This document shows positions 7,826-14,556 of a stretch of DNA of 24,000 bases, piece by piece (position 1 is the first letter of the stretch; each line of letters starts with the position of its first letter). This stretch comes from an uncultured Clostridia bacterium. GTDB lineage: Bacteria; Bacillota; Clostridia; Saccharofermentanales; Saccharofermentanaceae. Where the stretch lies: positions 31,835-55,834 of the forward strand of contig CAJOLL010000006.1 in the NCBI GenBank assembly GCA_905235455.1. The letters are read 5' to 3'. Below the pieces are notes generated by a model. That model did not search any database, was not told the origin of the DNA, and worked only from the letters and a program-made list of their open reading frames with translations. The position numbers were made by a program, and so were the translations under genes.

Positions 7826-8860
7826 TCAATTTATTGATTCATCATCATTCAACATCCATATCCTCTTAAGAGGAATGTCTGCCTGCATATCTGGACTTAA
7901 CTTTTCGTAATTAGCAAAGAGTTCGTTAATTACATCATTTGAATCCCATAATCTTATTCTGAAGAACTGATTTCCACGCTCTTTTTCTACGCTCGACTTA
8001 AAACCGCTCCAAGAAACAAGCAATCCATATTCCGCTCCGACTTTATTCATAACGCCACCCAACTGATCAAGTATAGAGCGTTCTATTGGAGCGTCTTGCG
8101 TCTTAACCTGCACACATATTTTCGGGGAGCCAAAACCCATCGTACCACCGGAAGCAAGTAGATCTTTTCCGCCATCAGCCCCCTGTTTGCTGTGATAAAC
8201 GGTAAAACCCTTTGCTGCTAACAGCTCACAAATTAATTCCTCCATTCTGTATCCCTTAAATTTATGAAGGATATACTTAGAGATTGCATCTCTAGCAGCT
8301 AATTCAATATCTGTTGTCGTTTCAAAGTCACTATCAGTACCGTCAGGGAAAACCGCATCAGCTGCAGTTGAAACTTTCCAATTATTCTTTTCCATTGCCT
8401 TAAGGCGCTTCTCTGCATCGTTTCTGGTAATCTGACACACAGTCATGAATGCACCAAATGAATACAAAATATCCTGATCGAAATTACTCCTCGGAATATC
8501 AGTCGCAAACCATTTAACCTCAATATAATGCTTATACGGACTTACTGCTTTTTCATCATATGTATAAGATCCGATAACTTTAGCAAAATGTATAGTACTC
8601 GATCTTTTGCTCGGCAAAACGATCCAGTCCTCCTCCTGGATTTTATTGGCAAATGGATATATTTGAGATGCCCAATTCTTAATCGTATTCGGCTTTTCAG
8701 ACGAATATATTTCGTTTAACTTGGATAAAAGCTTCTCTCTGTTCTTATACTTAGTTAAATCAATATCAAGCTCTCCCCATGTAAGATAGATTTTCTTGTC
8801 ATTGAGGAATTTATCTTCATACTGCCCTTTACTTCCTGCACGCACTAACCAGATACTCAT
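7826..8860 (-). CDS. Mrr-family (Type IV-like) restriction endonuclease with a non-canonical N-terminal domain
   Basis: The C-terminal half has an Mrr_cat-type PD-(D/E)xK core (GADGGKDLLAS...PKICVQVKTQ...LLVSWSGF). The N-terminal roughly 160 aa (MSIWLVRAGSKGQYEDKFL...YIEVKWF...FGAFMTVCQI) is not the winged-helix N-terminus I remember from E. coli Mrr. GGGAG lies 9 nt before the ATG. Confidence 0.75.
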   Translation of the reverse strand: MSIWLVRAGSKGQYEDKFLNDKKIYLTWGELDIDLTKYKNREKLLSKLNEIYSSEKPNTIKNWASQIYPFANKIQEEDWIVLPSKRSSTIHFAKVIGSYTYDEKAVSPYKHYIEVKWFATDIPRSNFDQDILYSFGAFMTVCQITRNDAEKRLKAMEKNNWKVSTAADAVFPDGTDSDFETTTDIELAARDAISKYILHKFKGYRMEELICELLAAKGFTVYHSKQGADGGKDLLASGGTMGFGSPKICVQVKTQDAPIERSILDQLGGVMNKVGAEYGLLVSWSGFKSSVEKERGNQFFRIRLWDSNDVINELFANYEKLSPDMQADIPLKRIWMLNDDESIN

Positions 8861-8876
8861 ACATTTTGACTCCCTT

Positions 8877-10373
8877 CTATTTTAATAGCTTTTCAAGTTC
8901 ATCCATCTCTACCGCTATCTGTTTTTCGATATCTCTGATACTCGCCATGATCTCCGATGTCGGCGGATATACTACAGGAACATACTCGACTTCCTTATAC
9001 TTATTAATCGAGAGATCATAGTCATTATCTGCAATTTCCTTCTTTGATACCATGAACGATTTTTCTGTGCGCTTTCTGTCCTTCTCGGCATCAAGATTCT
9101 TGAATCGGTTTATGATATCAGGAATATCATTGTCCTTGATCTCTGCGCGCTTATCATCAAGGCTGAATCCGTCGGCAGTCATATCGTAGAACCATACATT
9201 ATCCGTTCCGCCGTGGCCTGTCTTAGTGAAGATAAGTATACCGGTAGACACTCCGGCATACGGCTTAAATACACCGGACGGCATAGAGATAACGGCTTCT
9301 AGCCTTTGGTTCTCAATAATCTCTTTTCGTATAGCCTTATGAGCATTGGATGATCCAAACAGCACTCCGTCCGGTACGATACATGCACATCTTCCGCCGA
9401 CTTTAAGCATTCTTACAAACAGAGCCAGGAAAAGTAATTCAGTCTTCTTTGTCTTGCACATTTTCTGCAGGTCCGTTGACACCGTATCAGCATCGAGATT
9501 CCCCTTAAATGGAGGATTTGCAAGGATAAGCGAATACATGTCTTTATCCGGATTCTGATCAGATAGACTGTCTCTGTATTCTATGAAAGGATTATCTACA
9601 CCGTGCGTCATCATGTTCATGGCACCGATACGAAGCATAGTTCTGTCCATATCGTATCCGTGGAACATATCGTTCATGAAGTGATTTCTGTTTTGTTTAT
9701 CGAGAAGAACTTCTTTCTTATACTTTTCTCTAAGATAGTCGCCACTCGTGACAAGGAATCCGGATGTTCCGCATGCCGGGTCACAGATAGAATCTGTCGG
9801 TTTCGGATCCATCATCTCGACCATCATTCGTATGATGTGTCGTGGCGTTCTAAACTGACCATTTACACCTGACTGTGAGATCTTGGAAAGAAGATATTCA
9901 TATACGTCACCACGTATATCCGTCTGATGAAGTTCCTCCATCATGGAGTATATCTCATCCATAGCATCTACGATCTTGGAGAGCATCAATGGTGTATTTA
10001 CCTTGAAAATAGCATCATCCATGTACTTGCTATATGCAGAATTCTTATCTCCGTGAAGATTCTTTATAAACGGGAATACCCATTCCTGCACAACAGAATA
10101 CATGCGCTGTGCCGGAAAATCGTGGAACGTCGACCATTTGAGTTGATTCCCGTCGACCTTACGATCTCCAATCTCAACTTCATCTGCAAAGATACTCTTG
10201 TAGGGAAGTCCAAGCATTGCTGCTTCCTTTGCACGAAGATTATCTGTATCATCGAGATCCTTAATGAACATTAGATATGTCATCTGTTCAACGACATCAA
10301 GAGGATTGGTGATTCCGCCATTCCAGAATATCTCCCACAAACTATCGATCTTATTACCCAGTTCTCCGGTCAT
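8877..10373 (-). CDS. hsdM: Type I R-M N6-adenine DNA methyltransferase subunit (HsdM)
   Basis: 498 aa. HsdM_N-like N-terminus, AdoMet motif DPACGTSGFL, catalytic NPPF (LILANPPFKG). AGGAG lies 8 nt before the ATG. Confidence 0.95.
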   Translation of the reverse strand: MTGELGNKIDSLWEIFWNGGITNPLDVVEQMTYLMFIKDLDDTDNLRAKEAAMLGLPYKSIFADEVEIGDRKVDGNQLKWSTFHDFPAQRMYSVVQEWVFPFIKNLHGDKNSAYSKYMDDAIFKVNTPLMLSKIVDAMDEIYSMMEELHQTDIRGDVYEYLLSKISQSGVNGQFRTPRHIIRMMVEMMDPKPTDSICDPACGTSGFLVTSGDYLREKYKKEVLLDKQNRNHFMNDMFHGYDMDRTMLRIGAMNMMTHGVDNPFIEYRDSLSDQNPDKDMYSLILANPPFKGNLDADTVSTDLQKMCKTKKTELLFLALFVRMLKVGGRCACIVPDGVLFGSSNAHKAIRKEIIENQRLEAVISMPSGVFKPYAGVSTGILIFTKTGHGGTDNVWFYDMTADGFSLDDKRAEIKDNDIPDIINRFKNLDAEKDRKRTEKSFMVSKKEIADNDYDLSINKYKEVEYVPVVYPPTSEIMASIRDIEKQIAVEMDELEKLLK

Positions 10374-10385
10374 AATCGAACTCCT

Positions 10386-11444
10386 TTACTCGTTATCTCT
10401 GTTCCAAACATACTTTGTATATCTTCCGCCACCGATCTTTATGATCTTCTCCGCTGCCAACAGGTCTGACAACGTTCTTTCAACGGTTATGCGGCTGATA
10501 TCCGGACACTTCTCCATAATCTGTGATTTTGTTATCTCGCCGTATGTGCTCTTAATGAGCTCTGCGACACGCTCAGGCTTAGACAGGCCACTCTCGATCA
10601 ACGTCTGAACCCTGTCTGAGAAATCACGATATGCCGCAACTACTACACCCAGCATATACTGAACAAAAGGAGCGTAATTGTTATTTCCTTCATGCCAGTC
10701 GATCGAGCTTTCTTGCAGACACTCGTAGTATGAATCCTTGGTCTTCTCTATGAGATGCTCAATACTTATGTACTTTCCGACTATGTATCCGGCTCTGTAT
10801 AACAAGAGTAAAGTTAGGAGACGACTCATCCTTCCGTTACCATCGTTAAACGGGTGTATACACAAAAAATCGAGAATGAACATAGGTATTAAAAGAAGCG
10901 GATCTATCGTCCCTGCTCCCATCGCCTTTGCAAACTCGTCGCAAAGAAGTTCTACCGCTTCCGGAGTCTCCCATGCAGAAACCGGCCTGAAGCGGACAAA
11001 CTTATTACCCTGAGCATCCTCTTCTTCAATGATATTATCCGTTGGCTTATATTTCCCACCGAAATCATGGCCCTCGAACTTATATAAATCTCTATGAAGT
11101 TGCAGGATCATATTGGGCCTTATCGGTATATGATCGTGACTCTCATGAATTGTATTAAGTACATCTCGATAACCGGCAATCTCCCTTTCACTTCTCGTCC
11201 TTGGAGTTGTCTTATCCTTTACTATCGCCTTCAAACGGGCATCCGAAGTATAAATACCTTCTATCTTGTTTGACGCCTCAGTACTCTGTATCTTTGCAAT
11301 CTCAACAAGCTGCGTCAACACATCCGCCTTGGCTTCAATAAAAAGCGACTGCTCACCCTTATACTCATGTATCTGTGAAAGCAGTGCCACAATTTCCGGT
11401 GTCAGTAGCTTTTGCCATTTGTTACTGTAGTCAAATGATCTCAT
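10386..11444 (-). CDS. fic: Fic-family protein (probable AMP-transferase), class II type with N-terminal inhibitory motif and C-terminal wHTH
   Basis: Canonical Fic motif HPFNDGNGRMSRLL. An inhibitory (S/T)xxxE(G/N) motif, SNKIEG, lies near residue 60. The C-terminal region (ITKSQIMEKCPDISRITVERTLSDLL) looks like a winged helix. It is the first gene of the operon. Confidence 0.9.
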   Translation of the reverse strand: MRSFDYSNKWQKLLTPEIVALLSQIHEYKGEQSLFIEAKADVLTQLVEIAKIQSTEASNKIEGIYTSDARLKAIVKDKTTPRTRSEREIAGYRDVLNTIHESHDHIPIRPNMILQLHRDLYKFEGHDFGGKYKPTDNIIEEEDAQGNKFVRFRPVSAWETPEAVELLCDEFAKAMGAGTIDPLLLIPMFILDFLCIHPFNDGNGRMSRLLTLLLLYRAGYIVGKYISIEHLIEKTKDSYYECLQESSIDWHEGNNNYAPFVQYMLGVVVAAYRDFSDRVQTLIESGLSKPERVAELIKSTYGEITKSQIMEKCPDISRITVERTLSDLLAAEKIIKIGGGRYTKYVWNRDNE

Positions 11445-11502
11445 TTTAATAACCTCATTTTTGTTTCAATATACTCATTAGCAAGTATTATGATGTAGTT
11501 TA

Positions 11503-11531
11503 ATAATATTATGCAATATACTCATTGTCAA
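11503..11531 (-). promoter_or_regulatory. sigma-A type promoter of the fic-hsdM-mrr-hsdS-sieB-like-hsdR-old operon
   Basis: The reverse strand reads TTGACA (11531..11526), 17 nt, TATTAT (11508..11503), about 50-60 nt upstream of the fic ATG. One copy of a 13-nt direct repeat fills the spacer. Confidence 0.55.
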
Positions 11532-11534
11532 CGT

Positions 11535-11587
11535 TAATTGCATCAAATTTGCACAAATGATGCAATTAAGCAATTAATGATGCAATT
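11535..11587. promoter_or_regulatory. cluster of TAATTGCATCA / TGATGCAATTA half-sites just upstream of the operon -35
   Basis: TAATTGCATCA (11535..11545) is the exact inverted repeat of TGATGCAATTA (11558..11568). AATGATGCAATT recurs at 11576..11587, 20 nt after 11556..11567. A related TTTGCACAAA lies between the arms. Confidence 0.45.
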
Positions 11588-11597
11588 GGAGAGTCTA

Positions 11598-11616
11598 CGG
11601 GAGACTACGTCTCCCG
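11598..11616 (-). terminator. GC-rich hairpin just after the mob stop codon (weak terminator candidate)
   Basis: CGGGAGAC-TAC-GTCTCCCG: perfect 8-bp stem with a 3-nt loop, 12 nt downstream of the relaxase stop. No U-tract follows, so function is uncertain. Confidence 0.3.
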
Positions 11617-11628
11617 TGACCCTGTCAA

Positions 11629-12873
11629 TCATCGCTCTACGCCTTTTCTTCTGTGATTTTCCGTTCTCGGCATATTCTTAACGATCTCTTCCTTCTCACG
11701 AAGTGTTGCAAGGAGAGACTTCTTCGCCTCCCTACGGATCGGCTCAAGGTTTTGCTTTTTCATCTCGGGACTTTGTAAGGTCATGATAATCTTTTGTGTG
11801 ATGTTCGACATCGCATTCTTTATCCTCCTAGAGACCGCATCGAGAACCTTCTCCGCAAAGTTCTTTTCTTTGATTGGATAATGCTTTGCCTTGTCTTCCA
11901 GCTTGGCACGGACCTCATTAACCTGGTGAAGATCCGCTTTCATCGTCTCAATCTGAACGGTATTCGTTACTACCTCCACCGCCTTGTCATAGGCTGCTTC
12001 TGCAACTTCATCGACCAAGGTTTCGAGCTCTTCGACCTTAAGTGTCATCTCATCAAGTTGGGTTTGAACCTGAGATAATTCTGCTTCCTTCTGTTCAAGG
12101 ATCTCTTTCTGCTTTTGGATAATATAATCCTGCTTCTCGAGATACTTTCTGGATCCGTATTCCGGTTCCTGATCAAGATGGAGTCCGTGCTTCTCGCAGA
12201 TATCAAATAAGATAACTCTGCAAGTAGCATCGAACGTGACCTTGCGGTTGTTTGTCTTACTCATCTTCTTATCGAGATACGGAAGTTCAAACCCGAGTTC
12301 CTCGAGAGCCTTTTCCTGCTGCGGCATCAATTCTCCGTATTTGTTTTTGCAATCGAACACATGTCGCTCGTGAATGTGAGGAGTTGCTTCGTCCAGATGC
12401 AGAGACCAGTCCAGGATATGAACATATTCACCGAAGCGGCGATCGAATTCTTCATAAAAATCTTCTGCGATCTGTGCAAGCACTTCGGGTGATACCGAGT
12501 CTTCCATCGTTCCGATCTGAAGGATCGTTTCTTCAGGACATGTCCTTCTGTCCTGTCTCAGATCTTCCGTGTCTCGATTTCTTTCCGGATGCCCGGTCTT
12601 CTTATTTCTTTCATGCTGTCCGTCACAATACTCCTGGTAATGATCAGAGTAGTATGCCTCTTCGACCTCTTCAAAAGAGAATCGCACTTTATCTTCTGAT
12701 TCATCATCCATTGGATTGTGATAACCCTGATAGCAGTCCCAGTAGATGTTACCCTTTGCTCGTTCCTGATCAATATGATCAGCCAGTTCAAGATCAAATC
12801 TTCTATCATTATGCTTTGCACTATATGCTCCATCCTTGCCGGTTCGCCCATTATGTCTTGTTAGTTTTGTCAT
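11629..12873 (-). CDS. mob: MobV-family (Mob/Pre, plasmid recombination enzyme) relaxase
   Basis: 414 aa. The HxDE...PHxH signature is present as HLDEATPHIHERHVF. The N-terminal region contains TRHNGR (HxxR-like). The C-terminus is long and coiled-coil-rich. AGGAGG precedes the ATG. Confidence 0.85.
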   Translation of the reverse strand: MTKLTRHNGRTGKDGAYSAKHNDRRFDLELADHIDQERAKGNIYWDCYQGYHNPMDDESEDKVRFSFEEVEEAYYSDHYQEYCDGQHERNKKTGHPERNRDTEDLRQDRRTCPEETILQIGTMEDSVSPEVLAQIAEDFYEEFDRRFGEYVHILDWSLHLDEATPHIHERHVFDCKNKYGELMPQQEKALEELGFELPYLDKKMSKTNNRKVTFDATCRVILFDICEKHGLHLDQEPEYGSRKYLEKQDYIIQKQKEILEQKEAELSQVQTQLDEMTLKVEELETLVDEVAEAAYDKAVEVVTNTVQIETMKADLHQVNEVRAKLEDKAKHYPIKEKNFAEKVLDAVSRRIKNAMSNITQKIIMTLQSPEMKKQNLEPIRREAKKSLLATLREKEEIVKNMPRTENHRRKGVER

Positions 12874-12909
12874 GATTATTACCTCCTGTCAGTGTAGTGA
12901 TTCTGAGAT

Positions 12910-13090
12910 CCTGCCTTGAAAACTTGTTTTCATCGGCAGGTAATAACCCAGTATGAAGTGACGATGCTCATCACTTTACTGGGCGGGGAGTATGCCCTCG
13001 ACCCCTTGCAGGCGCTTTCACCCTGCACCCGAAGAAGAGGACAACCTCTTCGCTCCGAGATCGTCCCCGAGGCTATAAGTGCCCGGAGCC
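12910..13090. other. candidate oriT / structured region upstream of mob
   Basis: Nested hairpin CCTGCC-TT-GAAAAC-TT-GTTTTC-ATC-GGCAGG (12910..12940). Bulged 13-bp hairpin CCCAGTA..AAGTGA-loop-TCACTT-TACTGGG (12947..12983). Hairpins TGCAGG/CCTGCA (about 13006..13026) and GAAGAGG-ACAA-CCTCTTC (13034..13051). Motif TAAGTGCCC at 13076..13084. This stretch is locally GC-rich inside an AT-rich element. Confidence 0.4.
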
Positions 13091-13105
13091 GACATATATA
13101 TTTCC

Positions 13106-13188
13106 GTGACGATGGTGACGGTTGTGACGGTCATTTATAGACCGCACCCCACTCCCAAATCTATCGTCACTATCGACACGACCGTCAC
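13106..13188. repeat. two inverted triplets of 9-bp-phased iterons (GTGACGRT-type)
   Basis: Left arm: GTGACGAT (13106..13113), GTGACGGT (13115..13122), GTGACGGT (13124..13131). Right arm in inverse orientation: ATCGTCAC (13163..13170), ATCGACAC (13172..13179), ACCGTCAC (13181..13188). A 31-bp spacer separates the arms. The last iteron contains the stop codon of the AAA_25 gene. Confidence 0.7.
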
Positions 13189-14237
13189 GCTTTCCATGGA
13201 TCATAGATGACTCTGATCCTCCTTCCATCGTGAGTGCGCATCGATTTATATTCGACGTTGTATTCCTGTGCCAGTCTCCCAAGATTGACATTCAGATACA
13301 TCGTAAGTTTGTTTGGTGCCATATCGAGCCCCAACAACTTGACGAACTCTGATGGGGAGCCTTCCCAGCAAAAGAACTTGTTGGTAAATGCAGCAACCTT
13401 TTCCAGGATCGGATCGGCAGGAGGGGTTATCTCCTCCGCTTCTACCTTAGTTATTTCCCAGATCAGTGTTTCCGCATTTCTGTTCAGATACAGTTTTTGA
13501 TCCATTTGATCCCTTCCGGAGATCTCGAGGATCGCTTCACTTCCTACTCTCTTATCCTTGTGAAGAATAAATGCTCCGTCTGCTGCACCGTGTATGGCAG
13601 TAGTACCGGAAATCATCTCGAAGTGATCATCGGATTGTTGCTTTCTTGTGTGATGTACGATTAATAGACTGATACCGGTAAAGTCGGTAAATGCCTTGAG
13701 CTTACCGATTGTCTCGTAGTCATTTGCATAACTGTACTTATCGTTGCCCTGTTCTTTAACCTTTTGAAGGGTGTCAATGATGATTAGGGTAGTGTCAGGG
13801 TGATCATCCCTAAAAGCTTCCATCTGATTGATCAGATTGCCTTCAAGGGTATCGGACCTTGTAGCCAGATACAGATCATCAGCACACTCCGTCCCAAACA
13901 TACGAAAGAGACGCTCCTGAAGTCTTCTCAGGTCGTCTTCGAGTGCAAGGTATAGTACTGTTCCCTTATGAGCGTGATACCCCCACATATCCGTACCTGT
14001 TGCTACATGATATGCGATCTGAAGCATGAGGAAGCTCTTACCGAGCTTCGGAGCTCCTGCGAAGATATACGTTCCGGGAAGAATCAATCCGTCTATGATC
14101 GGCGGTCTCTTCTGAAAAGATTGATCATACAACTCGGTCATTGATACCGTCTGTAGATTTTTATCATCAATCTGATTGTAAAATGTTGCGATACTGCTTA
14201 TTTCTTCATCGATTACTCTGTCTAATTGGTTTTCCAT
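13185..14237 (-). CDS. AAA_25 / RepA-like RecA-fold ATPase (element replication or processing helper)
   Basis: 350 aa. Walker A GAPKLGKS, followed by YLALEDD and a Walker B-like LIIIDTL, then LLIVHHTRK. This pattern is typical of the AAA_25/RepA-like proteins of plasmids and IMEs. GAGGAGG precedes the ATG. Confidence 0.7.
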   Translation of the reverse strand: MENQLDRVIDEEISSIATFYNQIDDKNLQTVSMTELYDQSFQKRPPIIDGLILPGTYIFAGAPKLGKSFLMLQIAYHVATGTDMWGYHAHKGTVLYLALEDDLRRLQERLFRMFGTECADDLYLATRSDTLEGNLINQMEAFRDDHPDTTLIIIDTLQKVKEQGNDKYSYANDYETIGKLKAFTDFTGISLLIVHHTRKQQSDDHFEMISGTTAIHGAADGAFILHKDKRVGSEAILEISGRDQMDQKLYLNRNAETLIWEITKVEAEEITPPADPILEKVAAFTNKFFCWEGSPSEFVKLLGLDMAPNKLTMYLNVNLGRLAQEYNVEYKSMRTHDGRRIRVIYDPWKA

Positions 14238-14253
14238 TATTACCTCCTCGTGT

Positions 14254-14556
14254 TTATTGATTCATCAGCGCCAGCAATTCTTTGACTGTTGTGTGGAGCT
14301 CGTAAATCGCTTCGTTGTCTCCGTTTTCTGTTCTTCTCATGAGTTCTTCCAGAGCCATCGCCAAACGGTCTGATTTATATCTTCCTGATACGATTTGTAT
14401 CTCTTGCCCGGTAACAGCTGATCGGTAGTACTCACCCTTTGGTATTCCTGCGATTTTGATCCTGGCCTCAACGATTCTTTTCTCCTCATCGCTGAGCCAG
14501 AATGCGATCGTGTTGTGTCTTCTTCTAGCTTCTCTTTTGCATGGCATCTTTATCAC
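14254..14556 (-). CDS. MobC-like ribbon-helix-helix relaxosome accessory protein
   Basis: 100 aa. A basic N-terminus is followed by IAFWLSDEEKRIVEARIKIAGIPKGEYYRSAV, matching the R-x-I-x-F-x-L-T/S-x-x-E...G-x-S-x-x-E-Y-x-R pattern of MobC/RHH mobilisation proteins. Non-ATG (GTG) start in the track. Overlaps the int 3' end by about 30 nt. Confidence 0.6.
   Translation of the reverse strand: MIKMPCKREARRRHNTIAFWLSDEEKRIVEARIKIAGIPKGEYYRSAVTGQEIQIVSGRYKSDRLAMALEELMRRTENGDNEAIYELHTTVKELLALMNQ

Noticed and set aside
12252-13140. 207-aa ORF antisense to mob, and the 74-aa ORF 12916..13140 in the mob-upstream gap
   Set aside because: The first is nested antisense in the relaxase gene. The second spans the hairpin and iteron region, has no RBS, and has a Gly/Arg/Asp-rich tail produced by the GTGACG repeats. 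The region is better explained as cis-acting DNA.
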